Assembly: GCA_965223325.1 (NCBI GenBank)
Contig: CBDCWI010000002.1
Span: forward strand, 632,881-696,880
From: Candidatus Multivoradales bacterium
Lineage (GTDB): Bacteria > Acidobacteriota > Thermoanaerobaculia > Multivoradales > Multivoraceae
Direction: 5' to 3'
DNA length: 64,000 nucleotides
Part shown: one piece after another, positions 19,093-28,294 of the stretch
Position numbering within the stretch: the first letter of the stretch is position 1
Layout: every line of letters begins with the position of its first letter
Program-made: the position numbers and the translations under genes
Notes under the pieces: model-generated
What the model was told of the DNA's origin: nothing
Seen by the model: only the letters and a program-made list of their open reading frames with translations
Databases searched by the model: none

Positions 19093-20439
19093 ATGGCCAA
19101 TCACCACACCAGAGTCTACGAAGGCATCCTCGAGATGCTCTCCAGCGCGGAGAACCCCACCCCCATGGTCCGCTTGAACCGGACCGTTCCCTACCAGCAA
19201 ACCACGGTGTACGCCAAGCTGGAGTGGTACAACCCGTTCGGGTCGGTCAAAGACCGCGTCGCCCACAACCTGCTTCGGGATGCCCGCGAGAAGGGGCTCC
19301 TGGCCGACGGGCAGCAGCTGGTCGAGCCAACGAGCGGCAACACCGGCATGGGACTCGCCATGATGGCCAACGCCGCCGGCTACCACCTGACGACCCCGCT
19401 GTCGAACAAGGTCCCGGCAGAAAAGCGGGTCATGTTGAAGGTATTCGGTTCCAACGTCGTGGAGCTGGACGACGATCTGTGACCCGCCCCCGGGTCCCCG
19501 GAGGGGGCCATCGCACGCGCCAGGGAGCTTGCCGAACAGCCCGCGTTCCACATGCCCAACCAGTACGAAAACGAGGCGAACATCGAGGCTCACGTTCGCA
19601 CGACCGGGCCTGAGATCTGGCGGCAGACCGACGGCCAGGTCACCCATTTCGTCGCCGGAACAGGCACCTGCGGCACGATCACCGGCAACGGACGCTTCCT
19701 CAAGGGTCAGAACCCTGAGATCCAGGTCATCGGTGTGCATCCGCAAGAGGGGCACGACATTCCGGGCGTCCGTTCTTTGCGTCAGCTCGAGCTCACCAAA
19801 CTCTTCGTTCCCGAGGAGTACGACCAGATCGTCGAGGTCAGCGACGCCGAGTCGTTCGAAATGTGCGTGCGTCTCAATCGTGAAGAAAGCCTGATCGCCG
19901 GTCCCAGCTCGGCGATGGCACTCGTCGGGGCCCTCAAGGTCGTCGAGGACCAGCCAGACGCTGTCGTCGTGGTGATCTTCCCAGACAACTCGTTCAAATA
20001 CGCCTCCACCTTCGAGCGACACTTTCCAGAACTTCGCGCTTCTCGTCCGGGCGGCGATCCCGCGGTCTCGAGCGACAAGGAGCTGCTCTTCGACAGGCTG
20101 GTTGAAAACTCCCGCAATGCCCACAACACCTTGGAAGTAGAGGACCTCGTCGCGGCGCTCGCAAGCGACCGACCACCCCTGCTGGTCGATGTGCGCTCAC
20201 CTGAGGTCCACGCGCGCCAACACATCACGGGGACCCTCAACCTTCCGGTCGCCGAGCTCGGCAATCGTCAGGGCGTGCTGCCAGAACGGCGCGACCACCC
20301 GATCGTCACCGTGTGTACCGTCGGCAACCTGTCGGTCTCGGGCATGCTCGTTCTGCAATCGCTCGGCTATCGGAACGTGCGCAGTCTGAACGGTGGCACC
20401 GTGGCGTGGGCAAAAGAGGGGCTGGCGACGAATCCATAG
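19093..20439 (+). CDS. Cysteine synthase (CysK/CysM-like PLP enzyme) fused to a C-terminal rhodanese domain, interrupted by one in-frame TGA at 19480-19482
   Basis: ORFs 19093-19482 and 19552-20439 are in the same frame, and the 69 nt between them are open. Together they align across CysK (EPTSGNTG...; TTGPEIW.QTDG.V..FVAGTGTCGT). The C-terminus carries a rhodanese active-site loop (TVCTVGNLS). The disruption is either recoding or readthrough, a pseudogene, or a sequencing error. Confidence 0.65.
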
Positions 20440-20480
20440 GATCGAGGGCGACACCGAGGCTTCCACTCACCACCTCTGGC

Positions 20481-20510
20481 TTGACTCTCTAAAACAATTT
20501 TGCTATTGTT
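20481..20510 (+). promoter_or_regulatory. Sigma70-like promoter upstream of the GAF gene: TTGACT, then an 18 nt spacer, then TATTGT
   Basis: The only strongly AT-rich island of the region contains a near-consensus -35 and -10 pair about 45 nt upstream of ATG 20553. Confidence 0.4.
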
Positions 20511-20552
20511 TTACTGGGTTGTGGGGTTATCCCATTCCAACAGGAGATTGCC

Positions 20553-21395
20553 ATGGCGAAACCGAGCTCCGACCTCGCAAGAATCGAGAAACTTCGCGCC
20601 GGACTGCTTCAGTTCCTGATCGTCGTTGTCATGTGCCTCCTGGGCGGCATCATTGCGATCGCCTTCCGGGACGCGATTGGCACACAGATCCCCGGACTCG
20701 CCATCCTGGCTCTTGCAACGTGTCTCTATGTTCTGGGCCGCGAGCGCTACCTCAAGAGGGCCCAACAGGAACTTGTCGAGGGTGCCATGGCTGTCCAGGC
20801 ACGGGCCTCGGCGCTCGAGAACATCACGCGCCGAGAGCGCTCCGACAAGGCCGACCTCGGCGTTCGGCTGAGCGAATTGACCGCGCTCTACCGCGCGATC
20901 AGCACCGTGCGGGCGGTGATGGACCACGAGCAGACCTTCGACACCACCCTGCGCTCCGTCCTCGACCTCGTCGAGGGCGATGTTGGCTCCGTCATGTTGG
21001 TCGACGACCAGCAGCAGACCCTGCGCATCGTCGCAGCGCACGGCCTGACCAACGTCCCAGTCGGCCACACCGAAAGTCTGGAGCAGGGAGTCGCCGGCTA
21101 CGTCGTTCGAACCGAAGAGCCCCTCCTGCTCCAGGGAGACGCCAAAGACGACGAGCGCTTCGAGGTCTCGCATGAACGCAGTGAAGCGCTGGCGCTCTCG
21201 ATGTGCGTACCGCTCGCGCTCCGCGGGCGGGTGCTTGGGGTTCTCAGCATCGGATTGTCGGTGAACAACGAGAAGCAGCACTTCAGCGACGACGATCTGC
21301 GCTTTGCCACCCTGTTCGCGCAGCACGCGGCGATCTCGGTCGAGAACGCCAGCCTGCTCGAGCGGCAGTCCATCTACGAGGTCCAGGCTATCTAG
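20553..21395 (+). CDS. Membrane-anchored GAF-domain protein
   Basis: An N-terminal TM helix followed by a GAF-like fold (LVDDQQQTLRIVAAHG...GVAGYVV...PLALRGRVLGVLS). Confidence 0.65.
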   Translation: MAKPSSDLARIEKLRAGLLQFLIVVVMCLLGGIIAIAFRDAIGTQIPGLAILALATCLYVLGRERYLKRAQQELVEGAMAVQARASALENITRRERSDKADLGVRLSELTALYRAISTVRAVMDHEQTFDTTLRSVLDLVEGDVGSVMLVDDQQQTLRIVAAHGLTNVPVGHTESLEQGVAGYVVRTEEPLLLQGDAKDDERFEVSHERSEALALSMCVPLALRGRVLGVLSIGLSVNNEKQHFSDDDLRFATLFAQHAAISVENASLLERQSIYEVQAI

Positions 21396-21441
21396 CAGGC
21401 GGATAGTCTGTGCACCCCGGCTCCAGCCAGGACCTCACACG

Positions 21442-22377
21442 ATGACCGCACCTCCTCCAACCTCGTTACCCGAGCTGCATCTCCACCTCGACGGCTCGTT
21501 GCGCCGCACAACGCTCGAGGAGCTGGCGGAACCGCTGGGGGTCGAGGTGCCGGCGGTTCTCGAGTTCCGTGCGGGCATGGGACTGGAGGCGGCTCTCGAA
21601 CTCTTCTCGGTGACGCTCGCGGTGTTGCAAACGCCCGATCGGGTCCAGCGCGTCGCGTCTGAAATCTGCGAAGACGCCCAGGCCTGTGGCGTTTCGACGC
21701 TCGAGGTGCGCTTCGCACCGCAGCTCCATCGTGGCGCAGCGGTCGAAGAGATCGTCGACGCGGCACTCTCTGGTCTCGAGCGCTTCGGCGAGCTGACCGG
21801 CGAAGAAGCGGGCTTGATTCTCTGCGGGCTCTACGGCGAGGATCCCAGCGTCTATGACAGGTTCCTCGAGGTGGCGGTGGGGCGTCCGGGCGTAGTGGCG
21901 ATCGACCTGGCCGGTGGGCCGCAAATGGGACACAGCTTCTCGATGGAACACTACGCTCCCGCCTTCACTCGGGCGCGCGACCTCGGTCTCGGCCGCACAG
22001 TGCATGCCGGCGAGGGGCGGCCACCTGCCGAGATCGGTCAGGCGATCGAAACCCTGCACGCCCAACGCATCGGTCACGGCACCAGCGTCCTCCAAGACCC
22101 TCGGGTCACCGATCTGGTCCTCGAGCGCGGTGTGCGACTCGAGGCCTGCCCGACCTCCAACGTCCACACCAGCGCCATTGCCAACGTCGAAGAGCACCCG
22201 CTGCCCCGTTGGCTCGACCTCGGCATTCAGGCGTCGATCAACTCCGACAACACCTTGTTCTCGCAGGTCAACGCCGCCAGTGAACACCAGGTGGCACTAG
22301 GGATTCCCGGCATGAGCCAGGCCAAGCTCGAAACCGCCATTGCCGCCGGACACGCCAGCCGCTTCGAGCGCCGCTAG
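21442..22377 (+). CDS. add: Adenosine deaminase
   Basis: LPELHLHLDGSL, the HAGE motif (TVHAGEG) and the SINSDN motif (SINSDNT) are diagnostic of adenosine/AMP deaminase. Confidence 0.85.
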   Translation: MTAPPPTSLPELHLHLDGSLRRTTLEELAEPLGVEVPAVLEFRAGMGLEAALELFSVTLAVLQTPDRVQRVASEICEDAQACGVSTLEVRFAPQLHRGAAVEEIVDAALSGLERFGELTGEEAGLILCGLYGEDPSVYDRFLEVAVGRPGVVAIDLAGGPQMGHSFSMEHYAPAFTRARDLGLGRTVHAGEGRPPAEIGQAIETLHAQRIGHGTSVLQDPRVTDLVLERGVRLEACPTSNVHTSAIANVEEHPLPRWLDLGIQASINSDNTLFSQVNAASEHQVALGIPGMSQAKLETAIAAGHASRFERR

Positions 22378-22423
22378 CGGCAGATTTTTTGACGAATCAA
22401 AATCTCTGCTATCGTCTCCGGCC

Positions 22424-23059
22424 ATGGACCTTCTCCCGACCATGACCGACGGGCTGGCGCGCACTCTTTTCGCCGCAGTGTGGATCCCCTTCGTCGCCGT
22501 GCGGGTTCACTTCCACCGCCTCGCCGGCGCCCACAAACAGCGCGGCCCCAGCGCCTGGGAAGGGCGTGGAATGCACTTCGTGCGCGTCTTCATCGCACTC
22601 CCCTGGACCGTCACCCTGCTGGCCTGGCTCCTCCACCCGCCGGTCCTCCGCTTCGCCTCCTTTCCGGTGTCCACGGGCTGGCGATGGTTGGGGCTCCTTC
22701 TTCTCGCCGCCGGGGCGCTCTGGGTTGCATGGGTCAACAGCACCCTCGGCCGGAACTTCTCCGGCTCGCTGATCCTGCAAGACGACCACCAGCTGGTAAC
22801 CGGCGGTCCCTACCGCTTCATGCGCCACCCGATGTACCCGGGTTTTCTGGTGATGAGCGTCGGGATGCTGCTGCTCACCGCGAATCTCTGGCTGGGGCTT
22901 CCGGTCCTACTCGCCGTGGCGTGGGTGATGTGGAAGCGCACGCCGCGCGAAGAGGCGATGCTGCTCGATCGTTTCGGAGACGAGTACGTGGACTACTGCG
23001 CTCGTACTGGAAGGTTCCTGCCCCGGCTCGGTGGTCGCCAGGCCAACGAGCCAAACTGA
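22424..23059 (+). CDS. ICMT/PEMT-family membrane methyltransferase
   Basis: ATG at 22424 (verified). The product is multi-TM and carries the RHPMYPGFL motif of isoprenylcysteine carboxyl / phospholipid methyltransferases. Confidence 0.7.
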   Translation: MDLLPTMTDGLARTLFAAVWIPFVAVRVHFHRLAGAHKQRGPSAWEGRGMHFVRVFIALPWTVTLLAWLLHPPVLRFASFPVSTGWRWLGLLLLAAGALWVAWVNSTLGRNFSGSLILQDDHQLVTGGPYRFMRHPMYPGFLVMSVGMLLLTANLWLGLPVLLAVAWVMWKRTPREEAMLLDRFGDEYVDYCARTGRFLPRLGGRQANEPN

Positions 23060-23084
23060 GGCCGGCGCCAAGCAGCAGCGGGAC

Positions 23085-24128
23085 TCACGCATGGCGGTGC
23101 ACCAGGTCGACACACTGCTCGAGGGCAGCGGTGCGTTCGTTCCAGGTTTCACCGGCCGGGTGTAGCCGTAGGGTGTCAACACCCGCGTCGCGGTACTCCG
23201 CGAGGCGCTCGAGAATCATCTCTTCGGTGCCCAAGAGGTTGGTTTCGAGCACCATCTCATCGGGCACCCGCGCGACCGCCTCCTCTTTCTTGCCGGCAAC
23301 CCACAGGCGCTGGACTTCTTCGGCCGGCTCGACGTAGCCGGCGCGCCGGAACGCATCGTTGTAGAAGTTGGTCCTGGCCGAACCCATGCCACCAAGGGTA
23401 AACGCTAAGGCTGGGCGGCGCGCATCGATCATGCGCTCGACATCATCGCCAACTTCGATACTCACCCCGATCTGCACGTCGATCTCTGCGAGCGAACGTC
23501 CACGGCTCTGGGCACCGCGTCGCATCGGGTCGAGAAAGATCTCCGCGTGGCGCGGCACGAACGACGTCCCCAGCCAACCATCGGCCACCTCGCCGGTGAA
23601 CTCGAGTGACTTCGGCCCCAGGGTCGCCAGGTAGAGCGGCAACTCGGGACGTGCGGGCTGCGACAGACGAATCGGCTTGCCTTCACCACCCGGTCGCGGG
23701 AACTCGTAGTGCTGGCCGCTGAACTGGATGCGCTCACCCCGGAGCCCCATCTGAATGACTTCGACACACTCGCGCAGGCGACCGAGAGGGCGCGCGAACG
23801 ATGCACCGTGCAGGCCTTCGACGACCTGTGGCCCGCTGACTCCGAGACCGAGACGAAAGCGACCGCTCGAAACCGTCGACAGGCTCTGCGCGGTCATCGC
23901 GATCATCGACGGAACACGCGAACTGATCTGCATGATCCCGGTCCCCAGGCCAATGCGCTCGGTGCGCGCCGCTAAGAAGGCGAGCGGAACGACCGCATCC
24001 ATTCCCCAGGCCTCGGCCGACCACACCGAATCAACGCCCATGCGTTCGGCTTCGATCACATAGGACACTGCCTCCGGCCAGTCCTCGCCGTTGTAGTAGG
24101 CGCTGCCAATTGAAACCGATGTCTTCAT
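23085..24128 (-). CDS. Luciferase-like monooxygenase (LLM-class, F420/flavin-dependent oxidoreductase)
   Basis: ATG at 24128 is preceded by a strong GAGGAGAGAGG RBS. The product shows LLM TIM-barrel motifs. Confidence 0.75.
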   Translation of the reverse strand: MKTSVSIGSAYYNGEDWPEAVSYVIEAERMGVDSVWSAEAWGMDAVVPLAFLAARTERIGLGTGIMQISSRVPSMIAMTAQSLSTVSSGRFRLGLGVSGPQVVEGLHGASFARPLGRLRECVEVIQMGLRGERIQFSGQHYEFPRPGGEGKPIRLSQPARPELPLYLATLGPKSLEFTGEVADGWLGTSFVPRHAEIFLDPMRRGAQSRGRSLAEIDVQIGVSIEVGDDVERMIDARRPALAFTLGGMGSARTNFYNDAFRRAGYVEPAEEVQRLWVAGKKEEAVARVPDEMVLETNLLGTEEMILERLAEYRDAGVDTLRLHPAGETWNERTAALEQCVDLVHRHA

Positions 24129-24254
24129 CCTCTCTCCTCGCGCAAGTTCTGGAAGCACTCCTTCTCGCCGTTCAGCGAGGCGTCACTTTACAGCGCACGG
24201 CGCTCCGACCCCGTGCTAGCTTTGCCCCACGAGTCCCCAAGCAAGGAGCCAACG

Positions 24255-25373
24255 ATGACCACCCGCCGCCTCTTTCGGACCGCCTTCCTCGCCCTCGCCG
24301 GCACCGCACTCTTCGCCGCCCCGCCGCTGGCCGCCAACGACGTTGAACTGGGTACGGGCACACAAACCGGCGCAGTACCCTTGCGCTCGATTGGTCCGAT
24401 GACCTTTGGCGACGACGGAGTGCTCTTCGTCGGCGATTCAACCGGTGCCGCAGTCTTCGCAATCGACACCGGTGACCAACGAGAAGGCCCAGCCAAACCA
24501 CTCGCGGTCGAGAACCTCGAGCGCAAGCTCGCCAGCTTCCTGGGCACGACCCCCGATGGAATCGAAATCCACGACCTGGCAGTCAACCCGCTCTCGAAGA
24601 CGGTGTACCTGTCGATCACCCGTGGGCAAGGTGACGTGGCGCAGCACGTCATCGCGTCGGTCAATACCGAGGGTGATCTCGGCCTCCTCGACCTGACCGA
24701 CGTCCGCTATGCACGCGCCGACCTCTCAGATGCCCCGGCAGAAGACGCTAGAGATCGCCGCGGCCGGCCCATGCGTCGTGAAGCGCTGACCGATCTCGAG
24801 TACCAGGACGGTGCCCTCCTGGTCACCGGCCTGTCGAACGAAGAGTTCTCCTCCAAACTCCGCAAGTTCACCTTCCCGTGGACCGGCGTCGCGGGAGGCA
24901 CCAGCGTCGAGATCTTCCACGGCGCACACGGCAAGTGGGAGACCCACGCACCGGTGCGCACCATGACCTTCTACGACGTTGCCGGCGACCCCAATGTCCT
25001 GGCGGCCTACACCTGCACTCCGTTGGTGCGCTTTCCGCTTTCCGACCTCGCCAAGAGCAGCAAGGTCACCGGCTCGACGATCGCCGAGCTCGGCAACCGC
25101 AACCGGCCGCTCGACATGTTCGTCTACCAGGACGACGGCCGCGACTTTCTGTTGATGGCCAACTCGAGCCGTGGAGTGATGAAGGTCGATCTCGCCCGCA
25201 TCGGTGAGGTTCCCGAGATCACCGAGCCGGTGGCAGACAAGGCCGGCCTCCCCTACGAGACCATCGAGGAGCTCGAAGGCGTCGTCCAGCTAGCGCGCTA
25301 CGGCAAGGAGAACGCCGTCGTCCTGTCAGCGAGTGACGACGGCTCCGCCCTCCGTAGCATCGCGCTGCCCTGA
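24255..25373 (+). CDS. Hypothetical secreted protein (Tat/Sec-like signal)
   Basis: ATG at 24255 after an AAGGAG RBS. The N-terminus is MTTRRLFRTAFLALAGTALFAAPPLAA. Confidence 0.55.
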   Translation: MTTRRLFRTAFLALAGTALFAAPPLAANDVELGTGTQTGAVPLRSIGPMTFGDDGVLFVGDSTGAAVFAIDTGDQREGPAKPLAVENLERKLASFLGTTPDGIEIHDLAVNPLSKTVYLSITRGQGDVAQHVIASVNTEGDLGLLDLTDVRYARADLSDAPAEDARDRRGRPMRREALTDLEYQDGALLVTGLSNEEFSSKLRKFTFPWTGVAGGTSVEIFHGAHGKWETHAPVRTMTFYDVAGDPNVLAAYTCTPLVRFPLSDLAKSSKVTGSTIAELGNRNRPLDMFVYQDDGRDFLLMANSSRGVMKVDLARIGEVPEITEPVADKAGLPYETIEELEGVVQLARYGKENAVVLSASDDGSALRSIALP

Positions 25374-25374
25374 C

Positions 25375-26511
25375 GTGATCCGCGACTGGATCGCGGCTGG
25401 CAGAGCCGCGGCCTTCCTTGTCGCTGCGGTCGTATCGCTGGCCGCGGTTGCCGCGACCGGTGAGTCACCCTCGATCGTGCTGGTCGAAGGTCGGCTCGAG
25501 GTAGAGGGCCTGGTTTCCAGCGCGCCTGATGCCCTACCGCCCTTCGACGTCTTCGTCGAGTCAGAAAACCAACCAGCGATCGCGGGCACCGTCACAAGAA
25601 GCGACTCCGGAAGCGTGGTCTTCGAACCGCGGTTTCCCTTCGTGCCCGGCGTTTCCTACCTTGCCGTCCTCGCCGCACCGGGGCGCGACACCGTCCGGCA
25701 CCCGTTCTCCGTCCCAGACACGAGAACACCTGGCCCACCTACGCGGGTCGAGGCGATCTATCCCTCGGGGCCCGAGGTGCCACCGAATCTCTTGCGCTTC
25801 TATTTGCACTTCAGTGCTCCGATGACCCGCGGGCGCGCCTACGACTTCATCCAGCTGCGCGACCATCGCGGCGAGCCGGTCGAAGACGCGTTCCTGGTTC
25901 TCGATGAAGAGCTCTGGGACCCTTCTGGTCGCCGCTTCACGCTGCTCTTCGACCCCGGGCGCATCAAGTCGGGCCTCGTGCCCAGAATCGAGCTCGGCGC
26001 GGCCCTCAACCAGGGTCACCACTTCGAGCTCATCATCGACGGGGCCTGGCCGGATGCCACCGGCAGGCCGCTCGTGGGCGCGTTCCGACACCGCTTCCGC
26101 GCCGGTGGGCTCGACGACGCGGGCACCGACCCACAACGCTGGCGTCTCACTCCGCCCAGTGCCGGCACCCGTGATGCGCTCCTGGTGCAGTTCGACGAGC
26201 CCCTCGACCGGGCGCTCGCCCTGCGGCTGATCGACGTGGTCCGGAGCGGCCAGTACATCGACGGCTCGAAGAGCGTCGGCGAACAGGAAACGCAGTGGCA
26301 GTTCACACCGACCGAGCCCTGGTCGGCCAACCGCCATGAGCTGATCGTCGATGTTCGGCTCGAAGACCGCGCCGGCAACCGCATCGACCGCCCGTTCGAG
26401 CGACTCGTCACCAGCGAGTCGCCTGACCCAGCCGGGCCAGGTAGCGAGCGGACGGATCAGGTCGACGGAAGCGCTGGCCCCATCGCAGTACCTTTTACTC
26501 CCGGAGGGTGA
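25375..26511 (+). CDS. Hypothetical secreted protein; start codon uncertain (GTG at 25375 or GTG at 25333)
   Basis: There is no ATG until about 150 codons in. GTG at 25375 lies 1 nt after the upstream stop and gives a signal-peptide-like N-terminus. Confidence 0.45.
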   Translation: MIRDWIAAGRAAAFLVAAVVSLAAVAATGESPSIVLVEGRLEVEGLVSSAPDALPPFDVFVESENQPAIAGTVTRSDSGSVVFEPRFPFVPGVSYLAVLAAPGRDTVRHPFSVPDTRTPGPPTRVEAIYPSGPEVPPNLLRFYLHFSAPMTRGRAYDFIQLRDHRGEPVEDAFLVLDEELWDPSGRRFTLLFDPGRIKSGLVPRIELGAALNQGHHFELIIDGAWPDATGRPLVGAFRHRFRAGGLDDAGTDPQRWRLTPPSAGTRDALLVQFDEPLDRALALRLIDVVRSGQYIDGSKSVGEQETQWQFTPTEPWSANRHELIVDVRLEDRAGNRIDRPFERLVTSESPDPAGPGSERTDQVDGSAGPIAVPFTPGG

Positions 26512-26569
26512 GGGCGCAGGTGGCCGCTGACAGAGAGGCTCACCGCGAAGAAAGCACCGGCTCGCCCGC

Positions 26570-27034
26570 CTACCAGTCGAGCCTGACCTCCAGCGACTTC
26601 GCCTGTTCGAGGCCGTAGATCAACGTCGACTGGGTCATTGTCGTGATGTCGTGGCGCTCCTCGTCGTCGAGCTCTTCCTCGTCGTCGTAGCCGTCGATGA
26701 CGTTGCCTCTCGCGTCTTTCCAGACCACGTAGGTGTTCATGTCGATATCGCGAGTCGAGTCGTTGGTGTACTCGACCTCGATCACCACGGTCTTGGTGAA
26801 GTCAGGGTTGTGCGGCCGAATGATGCGCGACTTGACGTTCCTGGCGGTCTCGACAACCCGCACTCGATGGATGGTGACCGGACCATCGGTCACTTCGAGC
26901 TCGTACCACTTGCCGAGTTCGAAATCGAAGGTGCGGTCGATCTTGTCGGCCGCAGCTGGTATCGCCGTAGCCAGAAGAAGGGTCAGCGCCGCAATCAGAG
27001 GGAGCATGCGCGACAGAGCTATTCGGGACTTCAT
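26570..27034 (-). CDS. Small secreted hypothetical protein with an acidic patch
   Basis: Signal peptide MKSRIALSRMLPLIAALTLLLATAIPAAA. The DGYDDEEELDDEERHD acidic patch lies about 35 aa from the C-terminus. Confidence 0.5.
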   Translation of the reverse strand: MKSRIALSRMLPLIAALTLLLATAIPAAADKIDRTFDFELGKWYELEVTDGPVTIHRVRVVETARNVKSRIIRPHNPDFTKTVVIEVEYTNDSTRDIDMNTYVVWKDARGNVIDGYDDEEELDDEERHDITTMTQSTLIYGLEQAKSLEVRLDW

Positions 27035-27130
27035 GAACGTTCCTTCCAGTCGAGTTTCAGGATTCGGTAGCCGACCGAGATTCTACAAAGGAACGCAACC
27101 AGGCGTTCTGCGCCTCCAGGCTCCGAACCG

Positions 27131-28294
27131 TCACGCCACCCGGTCACGACCGACGAGCTCGCCGATCGATACCAGCCCCTCGGTGGCCAGCCGCGCCACC
27201 AGGCCACGTTCGAGACGCGCGATGAGACCAGGCCCCTGGAAGACAAGCGCCGAGTACACCTGAACCAGTCGAGCGCCCGCAGCCAGTCGCTCCCAGACAT
27301 CCGAAACGCTCGCGATTCCACCAACCGAGATCACCGTGCCCTCGCCCGCCAACTCGCTCGTTACGACCTCGAGAAGCCGTCGCGACCGCTCCCGCAAAAG
27401 ACGACCGCTGATTCCGCCCGCTCCCAGACCTGCAGCATGCCGCGCGAGCAACTCCGGTTCGTTGGTGGTATTGGAGGCCACGATCCCGGCCGCCCCCGAT
27501 GAAAGCGCCGCCCGCACCAACTGACCGGCAACGGCCGCCTCGAGATCCGGCGCGAGTTTGACCAGAACCGGCCTCGCAGTGCGCTCACGAACGGCGGCCA
27601 GTGTCTCCGAAAGGAAGACCTCACTCTGCAGATCGCGCAGTCCCGGTGTGTTGGGAGAGCTCACGTTGAGTACGACGTAGCTTCCGAAGTCACCGAGCAG
27701 GGCGGCGAGCTCGGCATAGTCATGGATGGCGCGGTCGTCGGGGGTGTCCTTGTTCTTTCCGAGGTTGATGCCGAGCGGAACCGGTGACGCGCCCAGGCGT
27801 TCGAGCTCGCGGTGAAAGGCCTGGCCACCGCGGTTGTTGAAGCCGAGGCGATTGAGCAGGCTTTCGTCTTCGACCAGGCGAAACATGCGCGGCCGAGGGT
27901 TCCCGCGCTGCGGCCGAGGCGTCACGGTCCCCAACTCGAGGAAGCCGAAGCCCAGGGCAGCCATTCCCCGAACCACTCGCGCGTCTTTGTCGAAGCCTGC
28001 CGCCAGCCCGATCGGCGACGGAAAGACCGTGCCGCCATCAGGCCCTTCGACGAACAGCTCCTGGGCGAGACAGTGATCACGCACGCGAGCGAGCGCTGCC
28101 AGAACATGTGTCACCCCGGTCGCCTGGGCAACGCGCAGGCTCGCCATGGCCAGGCCATGTGCACGCTCCGCGTCGAGGGCAAAGAGAACGGGACGTATCG
28201 CGCGATAGAGCGCGCTCGGCTTCGAGTCGGGCGGGTTACCAGGCGATGCCGTAGTCCTCACCAAAGTTCGACGCCCCACCTCGGAAGGTGCCAT
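27131..28294 (-). CDS. pyrD: Dihydroorotate dehydrogenase (quinone), class 2
   Basis: Aligns along its length with E. coli PyrD (LFALDAERAH, GFLELGTVTPRPQRGNPRPRMFRL, NVSSPNTPGLR, GVGGI). The start is uncertain: ATG at 28294 or GTG at 28342, and either overlaps the 3' end of ggt. Confidence 0.85.
   Translation of the reverse strand: MAPSEVGRRTLVRTTASPGNPPDSKPSALYRAIRPVLFALDAERAHGLAMASLRVAQATGVTHVLAALARVRDHCLAQELFVEGPDGGTVFPSPIGLAAGFDKDARVVRGMAALGFGFLELGTVTPRPQRGNPRPRMFRLVEDESLLNRLGFNNRGGQAFHRELERLGASPVPLGINLGKNKDTPDDRAIHDYAELAALLGDFGSYVVLNVSSPNTPGLRDLQSEVFLSETLAAVRERTARPVLVKLAPDLEAAVAGQLVRAALSSGAAGIVASNTTNEPELLARHAAGLGAGGISGRLLRERSRRLLEVVTSELAGEGTVISVGGIASVSDVWERLAAGARLVQVYSALVFQGPGLIARLERGLVARLATEGLVSIGELVGRDRVA

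Noticed and set aside
19484-19508. Hairpin after the in-frame TGA, read as a bona fide SECIS element
   Set aside because: I kept this only as a hypothesis inside the findings. GC hairpins are frequent in this genome. The UGA-to-loop spacing is shorter than in the E. coli fdhF SECIS. The aligned residue is in a surface loop where Sec is not expected. A sequencing error or a pseudogene is at least as likely.
19063-20124. 353-aa minus-strand ORF opposite the cysK-rhodanese gene
   Set aside because: The plus strand shows unmistakable CysK and rhodanese motifs. The antisense product has no similarity and an unusual composition.
22378-22423. Imperfect palindrome GATTTTTTGACGAATCAAAATC between add and the ICMT-like gene, as a possible operator
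   Set aside because: Only 6-nt arms match. It is more likely part of a sigma70-like promoter (TTGACG ... TATCGT) for the methyltransferase gene. That is too weak to report as a feature.
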